Source: a virus. From it: 64,000 bases of DNA. Positions 26,402-36,982 of the stretch are shown in pieces. A program made the translations under genes and the position numbers. The stretch spans positions 1-64,000 of IMG/VR virus record IMGVR_UViG_3300045391_002864; one strand, given 5' to 3'. The notes below the pieces were generated by a model that searched no databases, was not told the DNA's origin, and saw only the letters and a list, made by a program, of their open reading frames with translations. How positions within the stretch are numbered: position 1 is the stretch's first letter; the number at the start of each line of letters is the position of its first letter.

Positions 26402-29400
26402 TTTTCAGGCTTTCGGTGTAGCCGTGCCAGGAGTTGAGCCATGCTGACACGTCGATGTAGCCGAACGGGCTACCGTGGCGATCGATGCACGCCTGACAGT
26501 GCGACGGGCCTTTCTCGTAGCCCTTGTTGCAGCTGACGCCGTCGACGGACATCGTCAGGCGTGGACAAAGCATGTGCTCGATCGGGCCGATGTAGTGGAA
26601 ATCCACGCCGGTCTTCATCAGCGCCCGCACCGTCTCCACGATAGCCGGCGGCGGCGCAGCGCCGACCAGCTGCGGTAGGACGACGCGCTTGATGCCGAGG
26701 GCGGATAGGACGCGGTTCAGATGCGCCGGGTCGCGGATGTCGATCGGCCGGACGTTGCTGAACACCGGGGCCACGGAGTTCAGCGAGAAGCCGGACAGAA
26801 CGGCGCGGTAAGTGATCGAGCGGTTCCGGGCTTCGTACTGAAGAACCGGAGAAACCTCGGAAAGAGCAGATGCATCGTTGATGATGAGAACCGCATCTCC
26901 TTCCGGGTTGCGCTCGACACCTTTGAGCGTGCTGAAGTCGAACGTGAGCCCGTTTATGGCGAAGTTCGGATTCACGTAGGGGTCGACGAAGGCCTTCCAG
27001 CGCTCGCGGAACGCCGCGAAATCGGCCTGATCCAGCGGGATATTGCCGCCGACGAAGACCATGTTCGACACGCAGTTGACGACGTTTCGGTAGCCCTCGC
27101 CGTGGAGCTTCAGGCAGAGATCGAAGTCCGCGAACTCGCTCTTGAATAGGTCGTCGAACTCGAACAGCGTGAAGAGGTCGCGCCGGATCGCGAGCAACAT
27201 GCGGCTGACGGCGCTTGCCTCGTGTGAGAGCGCGGAATAGCCGAAATAGCCCGCATTGTTGACCGGCAGGTTGACGTGCGGGGCGGATGGTATGCCATTC
27301 TGCACCATCATGCCGACGTTCGCGACCACGCCGGAGCCGTGTGCGATACGGGCGCTGACGGCGCCGTAGGCGGGCCGCTCCGCAAAGCCGACGATGCCAT
27401 TCAGCCACTTGTATTCGGCCGGGCGAATGAGGTCGGACGTGAAGACGAGGATGTCTTCCTCGCATAGCGATGCCGCATGGTTCAGGACTTCAACAGCCGG
27501 ACCTCCCTGCACCAGCGCAATTTCGACACCAGATTCGGCGCACTCGGCGACGCCGCTCGATGCCACGACGATGCGGGAGATCGGATAGTCGGTTGTCTGC
27601 CGGAACGCACGCACACACGCGGCGAGCACTTCAGGGTCGCCGGACTGCGCGTGAATGATAAGTGCGACCGTCGCGTCACCGCGCGGCACCGGGTTATAGA
27701 ACGCGTAGCCGAGTTCGGGAATGTTGGTGTTAACCTTGGCCTCGTCGCCGGGCCAGAAAGCCTCCACGACCCGCTTCTGCACCTCGGAGGCCGCGATACC
27801 CTCCTCCTTCGTCATGCGCTTCACGCTGGCGAGAATATGCGGGATACGGACGGATGGGCCGTTTCCATACGCGCGCACATTCCGGGCGACTACGGGACCG
27901 TAGTAGTCATAGGATAGGCGCAGCGTGTCATCGCGCTCGGGCTTGAAGAACGGCACCACGGCCCCGTTCGTATCGATCTCCTCGTGGTCGCCAAACACGT
28001 AAGCATGCCCGGCATCGAGGGCGTCTTGAATCAGCGCGAGCGCGTACGGGGTAAGCTCGGCATCGCGCGAGACTTCGACAACATACTCGGCGTCTTCCGG
28101 CGCCGGGTCATCGCCGCGCACGATGACACACTTGCTGCCATCGGACACGGTCTTGGGGAACGGCTTCAGCGCCGCCCAGGTGGCATAGTCGCTGGCGAGG
28201 CCGCCAGTGCCCTGCCGGACGCCCGGCCATGTCGCGGCGACACAGCGCAGTTCCGCCAGTTCGCGGATTTCCGGCGCCATCGGCGTCGCCTTCGCCTGGA
28301 TCAGCTTGGCCGTGCCGACTGCAGTCAGGCGCTTCACCGCGTCATCGTCCAGCTGCGGGCTCGGCGTCGTCGTGCCGGCGAACACGTCGAAAAGCTGGAT
28401 ATTGCGCAGGCCACGCTCTGTTGCGCGTGCCGTCCACTCCATCAGCGCGATTTCCGGGTCCGCGTACTTGTCGAACTGCGGCATGCCGAGGGTTTTGATG
28501 CCTTGGGCGCGGATGAGCAGGCACGGGCCACTGAACACGGGGATAATCGCCTTCTGCCCCTTGGCGACGTCTGCCAGAACGGCATCGATGCCCTCCGCCT
28601 CTTCGGCGCCGACCGGCTGGATGCGGTCCTGGCGCGGGAATGCGTTCACACCATCGGACGCCACGGGCGCGATCGACGCGGTGAACTTGTCTTCCAGAAT
28701 GGCGGTACGCAGGCGGGCGAGGCCGCGCGGCGTAATGGTCGTGCCGGGCCGCAGGTATAGGATATCGGTGTTATCCTCCAGCGCGGCGCGGCAAGCGGTT
28801 TCGAAGTCGACCGACTTGCGAGTGGGGATGGAGCCGACGACGGCCAGTTTGCGGGCGCCGGGAGTCTCACCCTTGGCCTGCCATAGCTGAAGGTGCGACG
28901 GGAACCACGCAGCATTGCGGGCCGCAGCATTCGCCTCATAAGTCCGGCTGCGGACCCACGTCAGCATCTGCTTGCTGATGTTGATCTTCTGGCTGATCGA
29001 GATATCCGCATACTTCTGAATGGCCGCTGTCCATTCCTCCGGATGGATCGGGAAGGCATAGACCGGCGCGCCACAAGCGCGGTACGCGGCGGCCGGGCTC
29101 GCGATGACAGCCGCGCCGACCGCTGCCGCCTCCAAAACCTTCAGTTCAGACTTGGCATCGTTGAAGCGGTTCAACTCGACCGGCGCCAGCATGACGTCGA
29201 GGTTCAACGAGGCCAGCTTGCTCATATACTGATCGAGCGGCACGAAGTCATGGAACTCGGTGTTCGCCGGCATCGGAAACTTAGGCGCCATGCCGAAGAA
29301 GACCCATTGGACGCCTTCGACGTTCTCGATGGCATGGCGCAGAAGTTCCAGATCGGCCGCATGGCTGATTCCGCCGCACCAGCCGACGCGTGTCGTTTTC

Positions 29401-29891
29401 GCGGCGGGCTTCTGTTCGCGCTCTTTGATCGAGTACCCGGACATCAGGTTCGGGACGATGCGGATATCCTTCGCGCCCATCTCGTCCCGTGCCCAGTCGG
29501 CCAGCGTCGGGGTTGTGACGGTCACGATGTCGGCGATCGACATCGCCGCTCTGACGCGCTCGGCCATGTCGGGAGGCATGCCGGCCGAGTGGATGTTACC
29601 CTGCGGGACTTCGGTCAGCAGATCATCGATTTCGTAGACGAACGTCGTCGTCGGCGATGCAGCCTTGCATTCCTGAAGATGCGCGATCTGGCGCCAGTCC
29701 TCGACGCGCTGCACGACGACGATGTCGGGCTGCACGGAACGGAACCATTCGGCAGTGTGGATGTTCTTCTCGAACGTGACTTCCGCAGAGCCCTGGCTTG
29801 CCAGGAAATGACCGGGAAGAATCATGCGGTGCCAGGAGCAGGCATTCTCGGCCGACACGTAGACCACGACAGAAGCAGGACGAAGCTGCAT
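26388..29891 (-). CDS. multidomain glycosyltransferase (GT-B/GT4-like N-terminus, GT2-like domains)
   Basis: YEIDDLL, VGWCGG.SH..DL, FNDAKSELKVLE; later GT2-like FADFDLCLKL..GYRNV. Confidence 0.8.
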   Translation of the reverse strand: MQLRPASVVVYVSAENACSWHRMILPGHFLASQGSAEVTFEKNIHTAEWFRSVQPDIVVVQRVEDWRQIAHLQECKAASPTTTFVYEIDDLLTEVPQGNIHSAGMPPDMAERVRAAMSIADIVTVTTPTLADWARDEMGAKDIRIVPNLMSGYSIKEREQKPAAKTTRVGWCGGISHAADLELLRHAIENVEGVQWVFFGMAPKFPMPANTEFHDFVPLDQYMSKLASLNLDVMLAPVELNRFNDAKSELKVLEAAAVGAAVIASPAAAYRACGAPVYAFPIHPEEWTAAIQKYADISISQKINISKQMLTWVRSRTYEANAAARNAAWFPSHLQLWQAKGETPGARKLAVVGSIPTRKSVDFETACRAALEDNTDILYLRPGTTITPRGLARLRTAILEDKFTASIAPVASDGVNAFPRQDRIQPVGAEEAEGIDAVLADVAKGQKAIIPVFSGPCLLIRAQGIKTLGMPQFDKYADPEIALMEWTARATERGLRNIQLFDVFAGTTTPSPQLDDDAVKRLTAVGTAKLIQAKATPMAPEIRELAELRCVAATWPGVRQGTGGLASDYATWAALKPFPKTVSDGSKCVIVRGDDPAPEDAEYVVEVSRDAELTPYALALIQDALDAGHAYVFGDHEEIDTNGAVVPFFKPERDDTLRLSYDYYGPVVARNVRAYGNGPSVRIPHILASVKRMTKEEGIAASEVQKRVVEAFWPGDEAKVNTNIPELGYAFYNPVPRGDATVALIIHAQSGDPEVLAACVRAFRQTTDYPISRIVVASSGVAECAESGVEIALVQGGPAVEVLNHAASLCEEDILVFTSDLIRPAEYKWLNGIVGFAERPAYGAVSARIAHGSGVVANVGMMVQNGIPSAPHVNLPVNNAGYFGYSALSHEASAVSRMLLAIRRDLFTLFEFDDLFKSEFADFDLCLKLHGEGYRNVVNCVSNMVFVGGNIPLDQADFAAFRERWKAFVDPYVNPNFAINGLTFDFSTLKGVERNPEGDAVLIINDASALSEVSPVLQYEARNRSITYRAVLSGFSLNSVAPVFSNVRPIDIRDPAHLNRVLSALGIKRVVLPQLVGAAPPPAIVETVRALMKTGVDFHYIGPIEHMLCPRLTMSVDGVSCNKGYEKGPSHCQACIDRHGSPFGYIDVSAWLNSWHGYTESLKNDGA

Positions 29892-29974
29892 TAGTACCCC
29901 TTACGGTTAATGTCACTAATGCGGCTACGCCCGGTTCTCTATCTCGTCAACTCATTGATATTCTTTACTTTTCT

Positions 29975-30262
29975 TTACACGCGGCCGAGGCGCCAAATGC
30001 AAAACGCCACGAAGACGAAAATGCCGGCCAGTGCGATGTCGTACGGGATCGGGTTGCTTGAGGGCGAGTTCGCCTGGGGCGCGACAGAGCCCGGCACGAG
30101 CACGACGGAGTGCGCGTTTACGGCCGGATGCGCGATCACGGGCGGGGTATAATCAGGGTGATCCTCATCGATCGTAGGGACATCGATGTGCGGAACTTCA
30201 ACGAAGACGTCGACCATCTTGCTAGCTCTTTCCTTTTTCAGATGCAGAATCACGCCGGACAC
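29975..30262 (-). CDS. small membrane-anchored protein
   Basis: C-terminal hydrophobic helix IALAGIFVFVAFCIW. Confidence 0.4.
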   Translation of the reverse strand: MSGVILHLKKERASKMVDVFVEVPHIDVPTIDEDHPDYTPPVIAHPAVNAHSVVLVPGSVAPQANSPSSNPIPYDIALAGIFVFVAFCIWRLGRV

Positions 30263-31895
30263 CGCTCACGGCACCGTGCGCCTCTGACTTCGCGGGATCG
30301 CGCTTCTCGCCCGTTTTGGCTCCACGGTCCTTCTCGTCATCGGCATTGCCGCTATCGTCTACGCCGAGCGCGGCCTTCAGTACAATGCTTGCAAGGGTGG
30401 TGAAGGCGCCGGTCTGATTGGAGTCGGTCGGGCATAGGCCCATCAGCTTGCCGAGCAGCTTGAACTCTTTCGGGTACAGGCTTTCGGTGGGCGGAAGATC
30501 GGCCATGGCGCGGCGCTCGTCCTGCGTCTGCGCCTGGGAGCGGGCTTCGTATTCTCGCGCATCTTCTTTGGGGTTTTTGCCGCAGAAGGTGAAGCGAAAC
30601 TCCGGCCACCGGCTCCACAAGATGGGGTTGATGTGGTTTTCAAGCGAGATCAGCAGAGGAGACAGGCCGGGATCGTCGTCGCCGATCATAGCTGTGCTCT
30701 GGTCCGGCGGCGGAGCGGAATCAGTCGTGCCGCCGGACGGATGATAGCCGAGGCGCTGTGGCGGGAAGTTCCAAGTCGCGCAGAACACGCCGGCGACGAG
30801 GTTCATATGATCTTTGTAGAAAATATCGGTCCCTTTGAGGTCTTTCAGCGACATGATCTCCATGTTGCCGTCCTTCGGGACATTGATCGCAGGGAAGGTC
30901 CAGGCTTTGGAAATCCCCTTCTTCATGTTGTTCCAGGCGCGCGTCAGAAGATCGACTTGGCGCTGCGTCCAGTAATCCCCCTTCAACAGCAGAATGCCTT
31001 GCGGCAGCGTGGATTTATCGAACGTGTCGCTGTTGAAGTTCAGGGCGTTCTCGAACGCGCCAATCATCTTGATTGACTGCCCGGCCTCGGGGTAGCCGTA
31101 GCCGGCGACTTCCGGGTCGGTGCGCGGGTTGCGGACGCTCCAGTTCAGTTCGCCGCGCGTGAAGGACTCGCGAGGGTTGTTCGTGTCGTCGATCAGCACC
31201 GCGAATTTTGATGGGTCGCCGTTGAAGCCCTCGCGCGTGCAGAGGCGGATCAGGTAGGAGGGCAGGGCGGCAAATGCGACGACGCGGCCGGCGTTGTCGC
31301 GCTGTGTCCATGTCGCCATGCCATCGAAGCGCATGCTGTCGCGGACCAGCATGCGCAGATAAGTGTCGAACGACGAGAGATGCATTTCATCGCGCTCGAC
31401 CGTCTGCGTCATCCCGGTCTCGATGTTGCAGTTCAGAAGAAACGCTTCGGCTTTCCGCATCTCGCGCCGCTGCGACTCCGTCATGTGCGCGCTGCCGTCG
31501 ATCATCTCCAGGCGCCAGCCGGGTTTCCAGGGCTGAGCCGAGATACGGCTATAGCGCACCACGTCATTGACGCGCATCTGCACGATCATCTTCGGCGCGA
31601 AATTCTCGTCGCAAACTTTCTTCAGGGAGCGTGGATCAATGCCGGGCCACTCGACGATGTTCTTGCCGGAAATCGTCGGCATGTACGAAATGGTGCCGTA
31701 GGACTGCGCACTCGGAACTGCCTCGACGGCTTTGGAAAGCGCATCGGCGTGTCGGAAGAATGAATCCTCGTCGAAAATCGTGCTGCCCATCAGGGACGAC
31801 TTGAACGTCGGGAGTTTTGCCGAGGTATGGACGACGCCAGACATCGCGTCGACATCCCATCCGTTCGGATCGTATGGTTCCCGGTATTCGCTCAT
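30222..31895 (-). CDS. portal protein
   Basis: Directly after TerL (TGATG overlap); RNPR...YGY, FDK..LPQGIL portal-like motifs. Confidence 0.8.
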   Translation of the reverse strand: MSEYREPYDPNGWDVDAMSGVVHTSAKLPTFKSSLMGSTIFDEDSFFRHADALSKAVEAVPSAQSYGTISYMPTISGKNIVEWPGIDPRSLKKVCDENFAPKMIVQMRVNDVVRYSRISAQPWKPGWRLEMIDGSAHMTESQRREMRKAEAFLLNCNIETGMTQTVERDEMHLSSFDTYLRMLVRDSMRFDGMATWTQRDNAGRVVAFAALPSYLIRLCTREGFNGDPSKFAVLIDDTNNPRESFTRGELNWSVRNPRTDPEVAGYGYPEAGQSIKMIGAFENALNFNSDTFDKSTLPQGILLLKGDYWTQRQVDLLTRAWNNMKKGISKAWTFPAINVPKDGNMEIMSLKDLKGTDIFYKDHMNLVAGVFCATWNFPPQRLGYHPSGGTTDSAPPPDQSTAMIGDDDPGLSPLLISLENHINPILWSRWPEFRFTFCGKNPKEDAREYEARSQAQTQDERRAMADLPPTESLYPKEFKLLGKLMGLCPTDSNQTGAFTTLASIVLKAALGVDDSGNADDEKDRGAKTGEKRDPAKSEAHGAVSGVRRDSASEKGKS

Positions 31896-33784
31896 CAAAA
31901 ACCACGTCCTAGCATCTGGAGTGCGCCCCGCTCGCGATAATCCCAACAGGAGTCGAACGGGATGGCCGCGCGCTTGTGAAGGCCACACCAGTTCCTTACA
32001 CCGGGTTGCCCAGGTTTCCCGTGACCATGCCACATCTCACATGTGCCGCAGGCGTTATAGAGCGGATGTTCGGATAGATCGGAGCCGAGCTTCGCGATCT
32101 CCTCCAGCACATTCACCGGCCTGCCCTCTTCAATCTCGTCCGGCGATGCAGCTGCCAGAGCATCGCTGCTGGGTAGTCGAGCCATGCCGACACCGGCCTC
32201 GATCGCGTGTGCGATCAGGTAGACGGTGGCGTCGACTTGGTCTTTCCTGCCGGCACGTGTGCCGGAGAACTCCAAAAACTCTGTCGTGTACGCCTTGCCC
32301 CAGGCAGCGCCGTCCAGAAGCACGACGCGGTGCTGACGGAACCAGCCTTGCACAGAGGCGTGGGAGCCGCCCACGGCGTCGACAGCGCGGTCCATTTTGC
32401 CGTCCTTGGCTGTCACACCACGGATCGGGATGCCGCTGCTGATGAAGGACTGTAGCAGCTGAATGCCGGACGATCTGTTCTCGACAAGGACCAGCTGCGG
32501 TTGCCATAGCCCGTTCTGCTTTCGGAAGGCATTCGATAGCTCGCCGAAGTCGAGCTTTTCGCGCAGTACGTCGACGACGTACACGCGGTTATGGCGCTCG
32601 CATTGGCCGACGACCTTTTCATCCTCGCCGCGCCACCATTGATCAGACGGGACGAGAATGCCTGTCACACAGACCGAATAGGCGCTGTCGGACGACTTAC
32701 CGGCCGCCGTATCCCATACTTGGATCACTGTGCCCTGCGTGCGCTCGATAAAGCCGCGCACGGCCGGCGAGTGGATGCCGAGGGCTGCATCCGCTGGGCT
32801 GACGTCGCGGAACGTGATAAAGTCGGCGTCCTCGAAAACCGGATTCTCTCTGACGTTCGGGTTGCACTGATACACGGCTTCAGCGAGGGCGGGTGTCGCA
32901 CGCTTGATGCTCTCGAACTCGCTCCGCTTTGACTTAGACCCAGGCCAGTAGAAGCCCTTCCCAGTGTGGTCGACGCCGTAATACGCCTTGTATTTGACGT
33001 ACGGTTTGTCCGGGTCTTGGCCGGGAAGTGGTGTCAGATTCTCGCTGAACCAACACGGCATCGGCGAGCCATCTTCCAGCTTCGGCACTTTGACGTCATG
33101 CCATAGCTCATGCGAGCCCTTGCGCTCCGCCGGGCACTCCAGCACGACCCAGTCGCCAGATTCGATCAGCGCACCGTACACGTCCGCGCGGTTGAAGCGC
33201 CGACCGGACAGGACGTACCGGGCGCCTCGCGGATCGGCGCGGCCGAGGATGGTGTTATAGAACGTGTCGACGACCTTCTGGCACTGCTCCGCTGACGCCG
33301 AGTTGTCCTTGTTGTGCAAGTCATCCATGATGATCTCGCGACCATGGAGACCCGTGAGCGTTCGGCTATCGATGCCGACGCCGATAAAACTGGCGTCCGG
33401 GTCGCCCGCCGCATGCCCGGTGACGTAGAGGCCCTTTTCGGTCGACCAGCCGCGCTTCTTGTCTGGCGTGACTTCTGGATAGAGCTTACGGAATGCTTTG
33501 TCCGTCTCGATGATTTCGCCGATGGCCTCTTGGAAGCCCTTAACGAGTCCTTCGCCCGCGCTAATGGCGATGATCGTGGTATCGGGCTGCTCGCCCAGGC
33601 GCCACGCCGGATATACCTGAGAGGTTATGGTGGACTTACCCGTGCCCGGCGGGCCAATCAGGATCAGCTTGTTGATGCGGAAATCTTCAAGCGCGAGGCA
33701 GACATGGATGTGATGCGGCGCGATCGAGAAGCCGCGATCCTTGTAAATCGCATTGTAGAAGCCGGACAAGCTGTTTTTGAGCAT
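31895..33784 (-). CDS. terL: terminase large subunit
   Basis: PPGTGKST Walker A, IIMDD Walker B, YQCNP, QVWDTA, KDQVDA nuclease motifs. Confidence 0.9.
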   Translation of the reverse strand: MLKNSLSGFYNAIYKDRGFSIAPHHIHVCLALEDFRINKLILIGPPGTGKSTITSQVYPAWRLGEQPDTTIIAISAGEGLVKGFQEAIGEIIETDKAFRKLYPEVTPDKKRGWSTEKGLYVTGHAAGDPDASFIGVGIDSRTLTGLHGREIIMDDLHNKDNSASAEQCQKVVDTFYNTILGRADPRGARYVLSGRRFNRADVYGALIESGDWVVLECPAERKGSHELWHDVKVPKLEDGSPMPCWFSENLTPLPGQDPDKPYVKYKAYYGVDHTGKGFYWPGSKSKRSEFESIKRATPALAEAVYQCNPNVRENPVFEDADFITFRDVSPADAALGIHSPAVRGFIERTQGTVIQVWDTAAGKSSDSAYSVCVTGILVPSDQWWRGEDEKVVGQCERHNRVYVVDVLREKLDFGELSNAFRKQNGLWQPQLVLVENRSSGIQLLQSFISSGIPIRGVTAKDGKMDRAVDAVGGSHASVQGWFRQHRVVLLDGAAWGKAYTTEFLEFSGTRAGRKDQVDATVYLIAHAIEAGVGMARLPSSDALAAASPDEIEEGRPVNVLEEIAKLGSDLSEHPLYNACGTCEMWHGHGKPGQPGVRNWCGLHKRAAIPFDSCWDYRERGALQMLGRGF

Positions 33785-33817
33785 GCCCGGCTATTACGGC
33801 CGGTCTGTGAAGTGCCC

Positions 33818-34630
33818 CTAGACCACGGATGAGAATCGCGTCGTCGCCGTCGCACCGAATTTCAGGAGCTTCTTCATCGCGGCTTGGTGGAGTTGGGCGA
33901 CACCCTGCTTCGTGCCGCCGAGCGCTGCCGCGATGACCGAAAATGGCTCCTCTCTGAAATCGTGCCGGATGACGATGTGGCGCTGGCGCTCGGTTAGTGT
34001 GCCGAGGGCTTCCTGCACTAGCCGGCGTTGATCTTCCGCATAGACGGCGTCCTCTGCGGACTCATCCTCTGATGGAATCTCGTCGCAGACGGTCGTGTCG
34101 CCATCTGCAGCTACCATTTCGCTCGCGGATGTCTCATTTTGCGCGTTAAGCGCACTGCGCAGATCGCTTTCTGCGACCCCCAGCACTGCAGCGATCTCGG
34201 CGTCTGTCGCGGCATCGCCGAGTTTCTCCCGTGCCTTGCTGATGTTTTTGAGCGTACGCTGATAGGCGCTGGCCAGCTTCACAGAAAGAGCGGATGAGTT
34301 CTGTATCGCGTATTCATGGATCGATGTTAACGCCCATCCGATGGCATACGTGCCAAACCCCGAGGCATGCTCTTTGGTGTGTGTATCGAGAGCGCGCAGT
34401 ATCCCGGCGATCCCGGCCTGCACGAAGTCCTGCACCTCATCATGGCGCCCGTAGCGCTTGTGCTGGAGTCGTGCAATCCTCACGACGGCGGGCGTATAAG
34501 CCTTCACGATTTCGCCTTGCGCTCGCTTGTCACCGCTCGTTTGCCACTTCTCGACGAGGGCTGATATCTCGTATGCTTTGTAGTTTCGGGTTCGCTTCGA
34601 AATCGATCGGATGTAGGTGTCATCAGACAT
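33818..34630 (-). CDS. phage sigma-70 family RNA polymerase sigma factor
   Basis: DFVQAGIAGILRA..FGTYA (region 2); LTERQRHIV...VAQLHQAAMKKL (region 4). Confidence 0.85.
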   Translation of the reverse strand: MSDDTYIRSISKRTRNYKAYEISALVEKWQTSGDKRAQGEIVKAYTPAVVRIARLQHKRYGRHDEVQDFVQAGIAGILRALDTHTKEHASGFGTYAIGWALTSIHEYAIQNSSALSVKLASAYQRTLKNISKAREKLGDAATDAEIAAVLGVAESDLRSALNAQNETSASEMVAADGDTTVCDEIPSEDESAEDAVYAEDQRRLVQEALGTLTERQRHIVIRHDFREEPFSVIAAALGGTKQGVAQLHQAAMKKLLKFGATATTRFSSVV

Positions 34631-34880
34631 GTTGCAACTTCATCAAAGTAAAAGGGCCGGGCGCGTGATAGCGACCGGCCCTTGTTAACGTCAATAGCGC
34701 TAGCAGAAGTTTTTTAAGCCACCTCGACGCTAACCCCATAGATGTCACGCAATGTCGCGACGATCTCGGGCTCGCGCGCCCGAAGCCGCTCCAGTTCGAG
34801 GCGCAACGCATCGATTTTCTGCTCGCGCGTCATCTCGGGCACTTCGGGGACGGTGTATGCAGTGCGTCGGCGCCGCATAG

Positions 34881-35345
34881 TCACATGCCCAGCGCGCGGC
34901 GATAGACGTCCAGAAGCGTCTCCTGTTCCTCGATCTCGGCCGGGTCTTTCCCGCGCAACCGCAGGAGAGCGCGAAGCACCTTCACATCGAAGCCGGCAGA
35001 CTTCGCTTCCGAGAAAATATCCTTGATATCCGAGCCGAGGGCCTTGCGCTCCTCTTCCAAGCGTTCGATGCGCTCGACGATGCTGCGCAGGCGGTTGGCC
35101 GCAACATTGGTTGGCTTCTCGTCGGTGGTGGTGTCGATCATGGGCTTCGTGTCTCCAGAGTTATCGCCGATCGCGGCGGCGGGTACGCCCAGTTCTTCCA
35201 TTGTCACGGCGCCTTTCAGCGGCTTCATGGTCGAGGTCTGGATGAGGTAGTAATAGGCGTCGTACTCGGAATCCGCCGGGCGATACTCGATGTGAGTATC
35301 CTCCTCGCGGTTGACGAACCGGCCATTGATGCGTTGCCAAGCCAT
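34881..35345 (-). CDS. gapR: GapR (DUF2312) nucleoid-associated protein with N-terminal extension
   Basis: LRSIVERIERLEEERKALGSDIKDIFSEAKSAGFDVKV...LLDVYRRALGM; start position uncertain. Confidence 0.85.
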   Translation of the reverse strand: MAWQRINGRFVNREEDTHIEYRPADSEYDAYYYLIQTSTMKPLKGAVTMEELGVPAAAIGDNSGDTKPMIDTTTDEKPTNVAANRLRSIVERIERLEEERKALGSDIKDIFSEAKSAGFDVKVLRALLRLRGKDPAEIEEQETLLDVYRRALGM

Positions 35346-35602
35346 TATGCTGCCATCCTCATTGCAATGGGTGTTCCGCCTGTCGGCGGGGGCGGGGCGA
35401 CCGGGCTCGCCGGCTCCATGGCGAGGACGCGCGCGGCGAGGCCGTTGATCTCCGCCAGCCGGCCGAGAGTCAGGTCCGGGTACTCCCGGCAGAACGCGGA
35501 CAGGCGCGCCACGTCGCGGGCGTTGACGTGCCCGTGGGGCTGGGTCGGGGCCTTGGCGACTATGTCAGCAAGGGCCACGTCCCCGTTTTCCCGTGCATCC
35601 AT
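35345..35602 (-). CDS. hypothetical protein
   Basis: Translationally coupled ORF. Confidence 0.5.
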   Translation of the reverse strand: MDARENGDVALADIVAKAPTQPHGHVNARDVARLSAFCREYPDLTLGRLAEINGLAARVLAMEPASPVAPPPPTGGTPIAMRMAA

Positions 35603-35872
35603 TTACCGGCCGACGCCCAGGTGGATCAGCAGCCACGTAATGAAGAGCAAGATTGTCCAGGTGAATGCCTTCTGGCCTTCACTGAGCTTCGAATCAGCCT
35701 TGGGGTGCTGAACGACGATCCCCAGCAGGCCGATAATCATGAATAGGCGCCAGAAGCCGAAGTGGAGCCCCAGGTAGTCGAACAAGCCCAGCTGGAGGAT
35801 ATACACGCGGAAGAACGAGTTGAAGACCTGCAACGCGAACGCGGTCAGGCAGGCGACGAAGCGGATAAACAC
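35603..35872 (-). CDS. small membrane protein
   Basis: About three hydrophobic segments. Confidence 0.5.
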   Translation of the reverse strand: MFIRFVACLTAFALQVFNSFFRVYILQLGLFDYLGLHFGFWRLFMIIGLLGIVVQHPKADSKLSEGQKAFTWTILLFITWLLIHLGVGR

Positions 35873-36639
35873 TATGCGAATTCCTTTTGGTGGATGGAGT
35901 TGACGGCGGCCAGGACCGCGTCGACGCTGATCTCGCGCATTGTCGGGCCGCGCACATGGACGCCATGGCGGGTCTCCGCGAACATCGGCGGCACGGTGCC
36001 CGGATAAAGCAGGACGTGCTCGCGCTTCTGTAGAAGCTGAGCGAGATGGCTGATCCCGGTATCGATCGTGATGAGCGCGGCAGCATTGACGACGATATCG
36101 GTAACGTGCCCCATGTTGAAACCCACGATCGCAGTCGCGCCGGCTTCCTCGTACGGCGTGGTGTCGTCCTCGTGCGCACCGAGTACGAGCACGCTGCCGT
36201 CCAGCCGCGAGATCAGTTGCTGCCAGTGCTCGACGGGCCAGACCTTATTGCCGGCGATGTCTGTGCGGCTGAACGGCGCAACCGCGTAGTCGAATAAGTA
36301 CGCAAATTCCGAGTGCTTGGCAGGGAAAGGGAGATCGACGGGCATTTCGAGCCCGTTGTAGGTGAAATGTGCTTCAGACATGTGCAGGCGCCAATCGGAA
36401 TCCTGAGCAGCCCCCCATGCGCGCGTCGGGCTCACTTCGACGGTGCGGGCGCAGAAGGGCGCACCATCCTGATCGAATTGGAACTTTTCAGGCCACCAGA
36501 CGCCCTCGCGCACCCAGGCGTTGAAGCCTGGGCCGACGAATGCGTACTCGCCGTCCTGCTCCTGCGCATGAATCATGAACGGAACTGCAGCGAGGGCGTC
36601 GCCGATCAGGCCGCAGCTTTTAGCATCGAAATAGATCAT
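35872..36639 (-). CDS. glycosyltransferase family 9 (heptosyltransferase-like)
   Basis: LIGDAL...P, KVWP.EHW..L, ITIDTGISHLA. Confidence 0.8.
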   Translation of the reverse strand: MIYFDAKSCGLIGDALAAVPFMIHAQEQDGEYAFVGPGFNAWVREGVWWPEKFQFDQDGAPFCARTVEVSPTRAWGAAQDSDWRLHMSEAHFTYNGLEMPVDLPFPAKHSEFAYLFDYAVAPFSRTDIAGNKVWPVEHWQQLISRLDGSVLVLGAHEDDTTPYEEAGATAIVGFNMGHVTDIVVNAAALITIDTGISHLAQLLQKREHVLLYPGTVPPMFAETRHGVHVRGPTMREISVDAVLAAVNSIHQKEFA

Positions 36640-36645
36640 AGGTGC

Positions 36646-36894
36646 TCAGTGCAGCGCTGGATCGACGTCTTGATCGGCGTCATTTCCGGTGTCGATCACG
36701 TAGCGGAGAACCTTGCACATGTCCTCGGCCTTTTGCTTGCCGATGATGAATGTCCCATGCACCTCGAAATTCCCCGGACTGATGACTTCGGTTAAGACGA
36801 TCTTCACCTCGCCATCGGGCATACGGAGCAGCAGGAATCCGTTTACGAAAATGGCCGGCTCTGCCAGCAAATCACTCGGGTCCATCTCAGGCAT
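36646..36894 (-). CDS. hypothetical protein
   Basis: ORF with AAAGG RBS. Confidence 0.5.
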   Translation of the reverse strand: MPEMDPSDLLAEPAIFVNGFLLLRMPDGEVKIVLTEVISPGNFEVHGTFIIGKQKAEDMCKVLRYVIDTGNDADQDVDPALH

Positions 36895-36982
36895 GCCTTT
36901 CAGTTACTGACAATGCCCTTAACGCTAGCCGGCAGGTGACGTCAAGGCGTTGCTTCCCGCAGCGCCTCGACCGTCATCGCGC

